Below are positions 1 through 11,859 of a stretch of DNA of 38,690 nucleotides, one piece after another. The position numbers were made by a program, and so were the translations under genes. The DNA lies in NCBI GenBank assembly GCA_001600695.1, contig BCKQ01000016.1:109-38798 (forward strand), read 5' to 3'. The notes under the pieces were generated by a model. The model was not told where the DNA came from. It worked only from the letters and a program-made list of their open reading frames with translations, and did no database searches. Numbering within the stretch: position 1 is the first letter of the stretch; each line of letters starts with the position of its first letter. This stretch comes from Ascoidea asiatica JCM 7603 (lineage: Eukaryota > Fungi > Ascomycota).

Positions 1-111
1 TGGAAGAGGAATCTACTAGATTGACTTCTTCTTGAATTTGCAAGATTGATAAACCAGTATTAAGTGGGCCTTTGATCATCAGAGATTCGCCCCCATTTGG
101 TGGGTCAGGCA

Positions 112-1230
112 TTACCGTCGCCTTCTTCTCATCTCAGTCTCCGACTTAAGCACATCACAATGGACTTTGCAACCTTTAGCTACTGCATATAGATCACCAA
201 AAGCTGAGGTCTGATGTTCAAGCATAGCATCCTGAAATTTCAGATCACTTCTATATGAGGCCGGTCTAGGTACCAAGGGACAGGGCTCACCAACCTTAGA
301 AACAGCAAGTGCAGCATCAGTAGTATTAGAAGGATGAATATCAAATTCATCTAAAACAAGATTGATTTTATCAGTATCAGAAGCAACATCATTTTTATCA
401 ATTGAAAGAGCATAATCATCAGGAACTTCAATAAGCTGAACATATTCAAACTTTTTGAACTTCTTTGGTTTCTTGCACTTCTTAGAGAAATGCCCATAAG
501 CACCACAATTGAAGCATTTGATTTTGCTAAGCATCAAATTAACTTCATCAGACTTATCATTAATAATATCATTTTTACCATCAGTATCAATTAAACCTTC
601 ATCTCTTAATTCACGAATATCTCTAAAGATATCATCAATAGTTTTAGATTCTAAAGCAGCAACAAAATCACAAGCCTTACCAGAGATCTTGTTATTTCTC
701 AAATATTTTGCAGTAGATTTAGAATTTAACTTCAAAAGAGCAACATAAGGAGCAATAGAAGCAAAGACAGGAAAATGAGCAACAATAAGTTTAATCTGCT
801 TCTTAAAGTCTTTAGCAGAAGAAGCAACAACATTTGGATTAATAAAGCTTCTTAACAATTTAATTTTATCAAAGTTACCAAGAACAGCATATTTAACATT
901 AAGCTTAATCAAAATTTCAATAGCATTTTCATCATCATAATCTTTAAGAAAAGAAGCATTATATCCAACTTTGATAAGAGCTTCAACAACACCAGCAAGT
1001 CTCGTAGGAAAACGATTAACGCCAGTTGCATTAGAAAAAGAATTTAAATCATCACCACCAAAATCAACATAATTAGAAAGCTTCTTCATAAACCATTTCT
1101 TGACTAAAGGATAATCAGTACCAGTAGAATATTTATCAATTTTAATTAATTGAACTTGAGCGACAATTTCTTTAAAGTCTTCATGGCCAATGTCAAAACC
1201 ATCAGGAAACACAAACATTGTGGAAAGCAA
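112..1230 (-). CDS. gag: Retrotransposon Gag-like protein with CCHC zinc knuckle
   Basis: 372-codon open frame containing CFNCGAYGHFSKKC (CX2CX4HX4C) followed by basic KKPKKFKK; first ATG at 1218; lies downstream of a same-strand LTR fragment. Confidence 0.75.
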   Translation of the reverse strand: MLSTMFVFPDGFDIGHEDFKEIVAQVQLIKIDKYSTGTDYPLVKKWFMKKLSNYVDFGGDDLNSFSNATGVNRFPTRLAGVVEALIKVGYNASFLKDYDDENAIEILIKLNVKYAVLGNFDKIKLLRSFINPNVVASSAKDFKKQIKLIVAHFPVFASIAPYVALLKLNSKSTAKYLRNNKISGKACDFVAALESKTIDDIFRDIRELRDEGLIDTDGKNDIINDKSDEVNLMLSKIKCFNCGAYGHFSKKCKKPKKFKKFEYVQLIEVPDDYALSIDKNDVASDTDKINLVLDEFDIHPSNTTDAALAVSKVGEPCPLVPRPASYRSDLKFQDAMLEHQTSAFGDLYAVAKGCKVHCDVLKSETEMRRRRR

Positions 1231-1800
1231 AGATTGGAAATCTAATAAATTTTATAACTAGTAATAATATATTAAATAAATAATTCAGGTAATTAATATA
1301 TAGAAAACAAATATATTTTTCTGTAAAGAAAGAAAAAGAAAAATATAAAAGAGATAAAGAAAATAAAACAGGAAAAGAAAGCTATTAAAGTTAAATTAGC
1401 AAAGCTGGAAAGAAGTTTGCAAAACAGCAGCAGATTGCAATTGAGCAAACAATTCCCAAAGTAATTGAGCAAGTGCAAAGTTTTCAGACAAGTGCAAAGT
1501 TTTCATTGAAGTGAAAATTTTTCATTGGACGAAAAACAAAAAGCATTTGCATCCCCCGTGCCAACCAGGTGACCACGCAAACATGTGATCTGAGAAAAAC
1601 CAAACAATGCAAATTATTAGAACGGTCATAGTAGAGCCCTGACTCATGATAAATATTACGGTTAGCAAAAACTAAAAGAAAGGGAGAAACTGAAAACAAG
1701 TAATTGAGAGTTAACAGTCTTACGTAAAACAGAAGTAATTGAAGTAGAAAGCAAAGCTAAACTGAAGCTAGTAATTGAGGAAGTATATCAGTAATTTATT

Positions 1801-2117
1801 AACCCTGATATATGCAATGCCATGTGACTAGAGTATCGGATGATATCCAACTATCTGTACACCAATACACCGACTCATGAACATCATGGGAATAGCTGTA
1901 TTCTTTATGCAACTTAATGTAGCATTGTGCACCGATATGAATATTAGCTGCCGAATTAATCAGCGCTATGAATAATTGTACATAATTTATACGCATGATC
2001 GTATAATACATGACTGTCTTATCTTTACTAGGCATACGTGTGTATTAGACCTTGAGCATGTATGGTGTTAGTTCCAATATATGCCCTAGGATATATAGAT
2101 CTTTATTATTTCCACCA
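1801..2117 (-). mobile_element. 5' ~317 bp of the 1.03-kb LTR family (truncated copy)
   Basis: Near-identical (about 90% by eye) direct repeat of 4728-5020; minus strand starts TGGTGGAAATAATAAAG vs TGTTGGAAATAATAAAG; similarity ends near 1801. Confidence 0.85.
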
Positions 2118-2900
2118 CTTTCAAGCTTTCTAGACGTTAAATAAATAAGCTTGAAAATATTTTTTAATATTACATGAATTCTCACAACTCTTAAACCCAC
2201 GGATATTTCCAGTACATCTTGCAGATATGCAATTGATTTTGGGAAAGGTAGTGGTTTTATTTTTGAAGGTTTAACCAATTTTCCGTTATTGAAATCGACA
2301 TTCTCTCACATTGTTGATTCATTTTATTCGAAAAGTTTTGATGGGGTAGGAATATTTAGGGTAGCAGATCAAATCTTCATAATCAGTTTAAATACTTTCC
2401 AATTTTCCCTTATTTGTCTTTCAATAAATCAAATTGGATTAAATTGTTAAAATCTTGTATTTTTTAGTTGAATTAATGTGATTACGGGCATAAGAAGTAT
2501 ATGCAATAGAATTGATAGTTTCTTCAGATGAATTGGAATTGGATGAAATACAATTGATAGTATGTTTAGTTGAATTAGTAGTAAGTTCAATACGTTTAGT
2601 AGCTTCATTGGCTTTTACTTGCATTTTATTGGATGATTGTTCATTATTTACATTAAGGATGTGTGGAATTTCATAAAACCATATTTCAGGAAAATTCAGA
2701 TTGGTTTTCCTGCACGTTTTGTGGTAATTTATGAGCTTTTCTGATTTGTTTTTACCCTTTTTAGGTTTAATATTTTTTATCTTACAGAGTAAATGTGACA
2801 CTTTTCCTTTATTTTCATTTTGAAAATTATCATCTTATAATTTTTTTCGCTGGTCGTTTCTTGCTTTCTGTTAGAATATGATTAGACTGATTATTTTTTT
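2118..2900 (-). pseudogene. Highly decayed gag/linker-like relic
   Basis: Degenerate knuckle-like TCRKTNLNFPEIW, and PLPFPKS resembling VLPFPKS of the gypsy linker at ~13530; weak nucleotide similarity to 5690-5820(+). Confidence 0.3.
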
Positions 2901-3239
2901 CTATTAATTATGTTGATTTAAGTACTTTTTGAATGGTTTCTGTTAATATTATTTGTGATTATTATATACTTTCATTTAAAATGTTTATATTCGAGAGTTG
3001 TATATTGTATTATTAGTAAACTTATCAAATACAGTTTTGTCAAACTATATATCTAACAAATCTGCAATATCTTTCAGATTACTACCAAAACTTGGTTAAT
3101 TCTTTAGTTGAAACTCACATAACCGGAAACTAGTTTCTTATAAAACAAGTAGAGAAAGAATTTTTAACGTTTTTCTTGAGACGGTGCACCTAATAGCTGC
3201 CAATAAATATCTATACTTTAAATTAGAAACAATTGAATC

Positions 3240-5820
3240 AATCGATATAGTGAAGTACAATCCCCGGTCAATAAAATAGATTTCAATTGCTGTAAAATGG
3301 AAACAAAAATTTTATATTTAATTTCGAATTATTGCAATGATGGTGGATTATTTAATTTCACTTATTAAAAGTGTTTCTTTAATTATAAAACTAAGCGTAA
3401 ACAATTCTCCTATTTATGAAACCCAAAAGAATGGGAATTTTGGAAGACAGTTTTAACTAGTTCACTAAAAGCTGAGAGGGTAGGAATGGATTCATCTTTG
3501 GTAGATTTAATATTAAATAAACTCAAAAACTTAGGCTATCTATGAAGAAATAGAAGATCTCAAGTAGACCAATGTTCCTACCAGAATTCAGAAAATATTG
3601 TAGTATAATTTAAAATCAAAAAGTTATGTTAAAGAAAGACCAAATCCACGAGCACAGTTTCAGAAAAAAGAAGTAGCTCGTCTTCATATTATTATATTTG
3701 AAGCAATCACTTGTCTCGCTTCATTATAAACGAAGGTAAAACATCACCATAAATAAAAAAAAAATAGTGTAATGATCGGGGAGACAATATTATAAAATGA
3801 CAAAGGTTTTATTTGATAAAATGGTTGGTTTCATTATCAAAAACTCTGAAGCCGCTAACAAAGTATTCCAAGTCTTCAACACATATAAATATTCATTTGG
3901 TATGCTGCATAATAAATTAAAGGATAAAGTTTTTTATAAAATTCCTGAAACTAGTTTGAGTTTAAATGAAACATCTTTGGAAAATGAAGAAGATCTTGTG
4001 AATTTTATTTCATTTTACAAAATGGATTATACAAATTTCACTTACTACAAACTGTGTATTAATTAATTAACTTGCGCTAATGGATGATCTTTAAATGAAA
4101 AACTAAATAAATTATATAACAAAATAAGAGGAATTCGATTTCGTTAATCTTAATTCTGAACTACGAAGGGGTCCCGAACAACCATCAGGAATTCTCGCGA
4201 ATTCTTAAAGTCCCATAATTTCTGCGTAGAATCAGGGTGCAAAAAAGTTTACCTTGTAAAAGTTCTTGAAAACGGAATTAGAAACCACTTGGAATTCGGA
4301 TTTTAATTTCAACATAAAAAAGCAGTTAGCCCCCATTCTAGTTGGTTGTACTAGGAAACTGATCGGCGCCAATAATCTTTAATCTCAAAAACTGGACTCG
4401 GAATCGGTTGTTAAGGAACTTGCTGCACTAATCTCCTATGTATTGAACCAATTCTGTATACACAGTGAGGATTATTCCTTTGGGCACTTGACAGAAGGCT
4501 TATCCAATTCATCCATCCAGACAAAGTCCCCGCCTGGATCCAATTGGCCTTACCAACTTAACCTGTATGCCGATAGACCCTAAATCCTAACTCCTCTTTT
4601 ATTCTTCTTGTAGCGGGTGCGTTAGCCTTAATATTATATTAATGGTTTTACGATTATGGCTTTTACCAGTCTCAAGCTTTTTCTACTTTTAGGCTATACC
4701 GGACGCAACCAGATATATCCTACGCCCTGTGACTAGATTATCGGATTATCCAACTATCTGTACACCAATACACCGACTCATGAACATCATGGGAATAGCT
4801 GTATTCTTTATGCAACTTAATGTAGCATTGTGCACCGATATGAATATTAGCTGCCGAATTAATCAGCGCTATGAATAATTTTACATAATGTATACGCGAG
4901 ATCGTATAATACATGACTGTCTTATCTTTACTATGCATACGTGTGTATTAGACCTTGATCATGTATGGTGTTAGTTCCAATATATGCCCTAGCATATATA
5001 GATCTTTATTATTTCCAACACAACTTATCACCCTTATTTATTGTATATCAAATTGATTTTAATTGGTTTAGTTTTCTTGAACATCACAAGAACGTAAACG
5101 AGTGGATGTTTTAGATGAATATTTATTTGATTTGGAGGTAAACATTATTCGAAATAATGAACACAACTGAAAGTAACCGGTAATATAGGCATTCTCAGAA
5201 AATAGGGAAGTGGTTGATCTTCGCCATGAAACTAGAAAAGTGAAACTCAAAGACAATAATTATGAAAATGAAAATAGGACATTGATCAAAGAAATAGGGA
5301 AACCTGCAAAAAACAAACCTTGGAGTACGTCAAAGCAAAAAAAAACATTTACCTGAAACAAAAAATTTCATTGAAAGGAATAAGACAAAGAAAATGAAGC
5401 ATACGTTCAAGATGTTCCACTAAATCTTCAATTGTTCCGAAACGAAGAATGAGAAGATTTTTAGGTAAACAGGTAGAAAGATTTGAAAAAGGTCTATCTA
5501 GTTCCAAATTTGATGAGGAAAATAAACATAGAAAAAGAAAGTTAACTGAAAAGAATTTTGATCTGAATTCTGAAGCGGAATAATTTTGATTTTAATATAT
5601 ATGGAACCAAAAACCACATTCATATGGAAATAAATTTTGAAACATATGTAGAATCCTCAACAACAAAGTATACAATTAGCTCATGTTTATATTGCGGAAA
5701 AACAAATTGAATATTGAATATTTGGCAGTATATATTAAAACACTGTTAGAGCTGTTAGTAAATAAATGCAAGTAAAAAGGGCACTATGTAAACATTGAAA
5801 CTACTAATCAATAATACTGG
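3240..5820 (+). pseudogene. Highly decayed gag-like relic interrupted by the LTR at 3994-5020
   Basis: Broken protein-like frames on both sides of the LTR; CLYCGKTN knuckle remnant near 5685-5710. Boundaries approximate. Confidence 0.3.
3994..5020 (-). mobile_element. Full-length ~1.03-kb LTR with no adjacent internal domain (solo-like)
   Basis: Minus strand TGTTGGAAAT...TTCACAAGA; colinear over its whole length with 15167-16197(+); no clean TSD. Confidence 0.85.
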
Positions 5821-6140
5821 AATGCGTCACATTTAATGAATATCGCCGACCCTCCAGCTCTTTATTCTTCAAGCGGTGTTTATTTGAAAATATTTGAGAA
5901 GACTTAGTGGTATTGGTTGATTATGCAAATTATTGTTTAATATTAAAATTAGTATTCATATTCCTTTATTTCCAAAATATCTATTTAAAAATTTATATAA
6001 AAATATTGAGAAATCAAGGTGTATTCATATTAATATGGGAAAACAGCAAGACATATGTCGCTTAAATCTTGCGAACAAAACGGCTGTTATTGGGGAGCCT
6101 ATAATTAAGGAAGATATCACTTCCTGCCTTTAATATTTGG

Positions 6141-6662
6141 GGTTGAAATTACGTGTCGTAATCTCAAACTACAAGTTACTATTTTGCACATACAATTTGA
6201 TAGAACGTACAAGTATAATTTTCAGTTTTATAAAACCTACAAGGACTTCTTCTTTCAGTTGGTAGACTCGGCTGTCCGAGTAACCAATCAACTTCCGGTA
6301 GCTAAGCAGTAATCAATTACCCCTCATCAATCCCGATGACATTAACTTGTTGCCCAAGAACAGTTAAGGATGCCAAGACACCACGTCTTCTATAACCGCA
6401 TATTAGCCCCTCACAAAAAAATATGAACTAAAACTTGCTTCGTACAATTACTAACTGCAACATGGACCAGCCCTCTCCGCTGGGCGTATATCTGAATCAC
6501 TCAAGTATACCGCAATGTAGTTGCGGTCGTCCCGATTAGGTAATCACTTATCTCATCGGTAGCACGCCAGTGGATCTCACCAATGTCTTGGAACTTTGTA
6601 CCTACAGTGTACTTCAATTATCTCCATGGTACATCTTGTAATATGTATGTAGAAAATCCACA
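6141..6662 (-). mobile_element. Candidate LTR of another family truncating the gag relic
   Basis: GC-richer ~520-bp block; minus strand begins TGTGGA and ends TTTCAACC; TATAAAA near 6226-6235; no second copy or TSD in window. Confidence 0.3.
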
Positions 6663-6669
6663 TTCACTG

Positions 6670-7122
6670 TTAAGCCTCAGGGCTAGGTTGTAAATACTCC
6701 CTCAACATTAGATCCTGTAAACTTGTAGAGCCTGACGAGAGAGACGGATTGCTTGGCCTTAACAGAATACTATCTCCGAGACAGTATTCCAAGAGGCTTT
6801 CCTTTGTCCTGTAGTCATTGTAGGTACAAGGCCTTATCACCAGGGCTTTCACTGTTAGGCGGTAGGCTAAATTCATAGCTCCAGGCCTGTACCACTATAC
6901 TATATCACCTTTCGTCGTATTACCTAGAAGTGCTAACAGCTTTGATATGGAATATTGACCAACAAAGGTATCAGGAACAGGTAAAGCAATGCAAATATTG
7001 TAGAATTGGTTTAAATCATTGATTATGACAGTATGAAGAGCATTTGAATTTAATGGTGGAAGGGATTCCATCAAATTTTTGGCTGGTCTCCATTGCACCA
7101 ACTTTAGCACCCAGGAAATCAC
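6670..7122 (-). pseudogene. gag: N-terminal part of Ty3/gypsy gag
   Basis: ORFs 6895-7122 and 6670-6876 are one frame split by TAG; KFDG (adjacent frame) and DLNQFYNIC...KGDIV*WY resemble the retrotransposon Gag capsid pattern; 6690-6940 is an inverted homolog (about 80%) of 11860-12100. Confidence 0.65.
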
Positions 7123-7751
7123 GCCTTTTGTAGTTTTTGTTTTTTGTTTCTATTTTTAAAATGATTTCTATTAATTATGTTTCGTTTGATTTGATTGTTT
7201 TTTGAATACTAAAATTGATTTTAGTAATTTCTTCTTTGATTTTATATTTGTTTGATCTTTTTCTTTGAAATAATGTAAAAGGAAATTAGAATGAAAATTA
7301 TAAATAAAACAGAAATGAGAATGAAAGAATAACAGTAGATAACTTTTACCTTGGGGCCTCCGCAAATATTTTGTTGGAATCTAAACTTGTAGGGCTTAAA
7401 AAACTACATAAAGTATTATATTTTTTCTTTTATTAACCAACTTTCTTCAAAAGAAATTTGCATAAATCTAAGCAGTAACTTTAAGATCAATGGACTTTCT
7501 AGTAATACTCTAACAACTAATTTTTAGAATAAGATTAATGAGATAAAATATTGAAAATAAGATAAAAAACAACTAAAGTTTTAAATGATAGTGTGCAAAT
7601 AAATTTTCAAATTTAAAACAAAGAGATAATCATCAGATCCTCCTGTTTTAATAATAATAGAGATAATAAATGAAACAAATTTTGCTACATAAAATACGAG
7701 AAGGAAAGGACGCAGAAACCAAAGGCAATAAAGACTAATACGTATAGAATA

Positions 7752-7771
7752 ATATATATATATATATATAA
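7752..7771. repeat. (AT)n microsatellite
   Basis: About 10 AT units in the gypsy leader. Confidence 0.85.
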
Positions 7772-8244
7772 TAAACCGGAAATTTAATTGTTTTTTAATT
7801 GGTTCATTTTTTTTTTTTTATTTTTTAATAGGTTTATTTTTTAACTGGTTTTTATTTTAAATTGAATTCTCACACATTGATTCGCAAAGGCAGAAACATT
7901 AAATTGAAAATTGATGTAATAAATTGTAAGATTTGCCTAAATAATGCAGCTTGCAATACCCCGATCCAAATACCGAAATTAAGTCTCTGCAGTAAATCCA
8001 AGGTTACTTTCCAAAAAACAGTACAATCGAAAAGAACTCAAAATCACCCTGCTTAAATAATTTAGATATAACAACCACTAAGTGGAAATGAATTCCAATG
8101 AGGGAGCAGAAACTACTAGAAAATAGGACAAACAAAATTATAGAAATAATAAATTTATCAACAGACAACAACAGCGGACATGGAATGTAATCAAAAACTT
8201 CAAAAAATTAAAACAAAAATAACACACGAATACATTTCAATCAG

Positions 8245-8460
8245 ATTTAAACAAAATAAACCAAAAATAGATTTTAAACAAGCTAAAACAAAAGAAATCA
8301 AAGATAGATTTTTATTAATTTAAACATAATAAACCAAAAATAAATTTTAATGAATTTAAAACAAAATAAACCACAAATAACTATTAATTAAATTAAATAA
8401 AATAAGCCAAAGATTAATTTAAATCCAATCAAAAAAAAATAAACCGAAAAAAAATATTTA
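8245..8460. repeat. Six degenerate 36-37-bp tandem units in the gypsy 5' leader
   Basis: AAAATAAACCAAAAATA-like core with CC/TC at 8261, 8298, 8334, 8371, 8407, 8444. Confidence 0.75.
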
Positions 8461-8537
8461 ACATATTAAATAGAACAGTTACATCAATAGCAACAATATT
8501 TTGTATGTAGCTTTTTTATAAACACCATAAATTTTTT

Positions 8538-8547
8538 AGGGACACCA
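8538..8547 (-). promoter_or_regulatory. Putative tRNA primer-binding site
   Basis: TGGTGTCCCT begins 3 nt after the LTR's terminal CA on the minus strand; cognate tRNA not identified. Confidence 0.55.
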
Positions 8548-8550
8548 ATA

Positions 8551-9042
8551 TGTTATGCAACCAACAAGTATAATTTATCTTTTAATTTATAATCTGTATG
8601 TTATATATCAAAAAGACAAAAAAGAAAACTAAAATGAAACGAGAGAAGCCACTTCTATTTATACATTGAATGCTATAGTTCTGAATCGAAACGCAAGAGA
8701 GGATGAACAGGAAAGAGGGAAAGGATAGAGAAGGGAAAGAGAGTGAAAAGGAAAAAAGAGAGTAAGGGAGAGAGATAGGAAGAGACAACAGAAAACAAGA
8801 AACAAACCAAAGGAAAGAGCAATTGGAATTGGCGTCAGAATCAGAGTGATTGCATTTTAAAAACAGAAAACATGTCGGAATTACAAAAACAGATTAACGT
8901 GTAGGGCTTTCAAACCAACAAGGCTGAGTCACAGCAATACACGAGCAAGAGAGAGACGATTTCGGGGAGCAGTCACACGAATGTCTATAATTAGCCACAC
9001 TCAGCTATGACATTCAGTCCGTGTTGGCTTATATCTACAACA
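8551..9042 (-). mobile_element. Ty3/gypsy 5' LTR (492 bp)
   Basis: TGTTGTAG...CATAACA; reverse-complement homolog of 18340-18827; followed by PBS, leader and gag. Confidence 0.9.
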
Positions 9043-11859
9043 GTTCTGAGTGTTTATTAAACAGTCTGTTAAACATCTTAAGTTTCTTGGTAATGGAGGT
9101 GCTATCCCATTTGGATCGTAAGTCCCATTACTGTTTTTTTTTCAAATAATATATATCCGGGACATCATGTCCGTTAATATTATTAACAGGTATTTGTGGA
9201 ATATATCTTGCATTCGCAGAATATTTTTTACATATGTTCCAATCCCTACCACGAATCCTGCAACTCCTGGTTCGGTCACATCCTCGACGTATTCCTCTAG
9301 AAATAAAGGGTAGTAAATTAAAATTAGTTTATTAACAAAAGTAATACGGTCTTCACAATCTAGCAACGGCAAGTCACCACAAAGTTTTGTCGGTCCACCA
9401 CCTTTCCTTCACATGGTTACTCTACTAACCGCTTACCTGCCAGTCGGCTGTTGGGAAAGTATCTCCCTGGTTCAATCACATCTCATTTTCCCCGTTACTT
9501 TTGATACTAACACTTTGTCGAGGAAGCCTTACGTTTCCATTATCTTGGGAGCTTACTTCTCCATGACCCAGCTTACTCGCCTTAAAGACTTTAAAACCCG
9601 AAGTCTCAGTTTTGCTTGAGTGTCAAAACCGACCATCACCAATAAGTCAACCTGTCCCTGGTTTGTAAATCCGATTATTAATTTAAGTTTTGACTCGGGA
9701 GAAATACACATCTAGAGACGCATCGATGACCCTACGTTAGTCTCTGCGGAGCCTGTTTACCCTTAGAGTCCAGGTTTAATATTTTCAAAGCCAGAAAGAG
9801 TAGGTGTAATTCCGGAAGCCCATTTTCTTGGGAGAACACCGTGCTGCTCTTCATCTCGTCTTTATTTAACAACTGCGAGTCCGCAGGACCTAGAACACCC
9901 AGAAAGGCGACCAAACCCTTATCTAGCTGGAGACACCATGGACCCCCCTCGTGGCACCTTGATTCCATAGGGCACTGCATAAGCCTCTTGACTTTCTAAT
10001 TGTTCGTCGTGACCTAATACTTCCCAGTCATTGTGAGGTGATCAGATTGGGGTCCTGGTTGAGCAACGCTTTGAAGTTGAACAACCAGAAGCTGCAGTTG
10101 GCCGATCAACCTAGATTTTCCCTTTGACCATTTTTTATTCCAAGAACATATCAGTGGAGGACAGAGCCCCTTTGATTGGCTCAACTCCTTGATTATGCTA
10201 TCTGCTGCGATTGTCGAAAACTGTCCAGTTGAACTAGGAGTTGAGCTGAATTAGCCGGAACTGATTTCTTTGAGAATTTGACGGTAGTTCTGCAAACCGT
10301 TGGGGTGGACTGTTACTGGATTATTCAAGGCATAATATTGACTCTACATCTAGGCAGCTTCTCTCCTCTTTCGAATATGCTTGTCAAGCTGACGACAACC
10401 CACAAGGATCTTTAGACAGCTTGGAGCTCGATTTTTGTAGTTAATGCTTCTGACGTTTGGACTGTTATTGATAGGTGATCTTGCCCAAAGCGTGCGTTAC
10501 CACCCAGTAGGAAATTGAACTTTCGGACATATGCATTGTTTTTTGTTCAAGCGTTTGCAGGTCAGCTTTAATTATCCAAGGGGAGGAATCGGAAACACTT
10601 TGTTTCATTTTAGTAATTTTCATATGCAAGAGCTGAATTTATCTCTGGTTGGGCTAAATGTGGTACGGTGTGTTGTACAGTCTATTGGTTGCATTTCTTT
10701 GTAGTCACTATCCTTTGACACATGCCTACGAGGACAATATATAATATTTTTTAGACCTGCGAGTAACTCCAAACTTTGGCACCTTAGGTTAGATTACTAA
10801 ATATTATAAATGCCAAATATCCTATTTACGTCGTCAATATCTAAAGTTGGCGATCTATCTGGCAAAAAATGCCGCAATGGTTTTGATTTTTTTCACTATA
10901 TGAGCTAACCAGTGTCTCTCATTAGATACTGTTTCAACATACCTTTATGTTTTTGAAATAAAAATTTGATTTTTTCCCCAGAACCTTTTTTAGACTACTT
11001 GGCCAGTATGGCTACGTCATGAAAATTAGTATACCTACCAATCGCGAATTGCTGATTAACATGATGAAGTTAATAGGTTATAAAACTTTATAGAATCGAG
11101 AGGGCGACACACATAAAAATCAGTTTTAGTGTATGGAGTATCGGAAATTAACAAAACATCTTCTGCTCGTTGGATGCGAAGAGTAAGTAAAAACATATGT
11201 CCATGAAATTTTTTTTTTCATTAAATCTAACCCATTATTATCAGGGAAACACAAAGTTTACCATACCAAAAGATTTGCTGTATAGGCTGGAAAAAAACTT
11301 CAAAAGTAAACGCCTTTGATGCATTTGGTTATCATACTGTAGTTTAAGAAAGTAGTATTTTTGTCGTAGTTAGATTGATACTGAATAGAACGTTTGAGTA
11401 AACTTTGAGTAAATTTATTTGAAGAAAATATTAATTGACAGAATGGATACACAAATGATAAAGCAACTTATATTTACTTTTAACAAGATATAAATAGGTT
11501 CACTTATTCCTGTTCTTTATGTATTTGGATTTGGATATATGAATTTGAAACAATGCACAAACTTGAAAACCAGATTACATCTACGTCTGTAATTCATTGT
11601 TTGTTTGTCATTAGCTACCTTCAAATAACATTCAACTTTTTTATTCTCGGCTAGCAGGACCATGAGACTCTAGAATAATTCCTACCAGTAACCCTAAAAT
11701 GGGCCAAATAGACTTTATATACTCGAGTGGTTTTTTGCAAAACTGTAAGCACTTGGAATTTACCTAATCCGAATTGGTTGATGCACAATACATGGACAGT
11801 TATTTCATTGTTTTTCAAAAAACATATAGTAAATTTCATCTGATTATACCAACACGGAG

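Noticed and set aside
1-114. TAATG stop-start coupling after gag, and LVDSSS as a protease motif
   Set aside because: The ATG frame closes after 10 codons; the motif lacks the Gly and is cut by the window edge.
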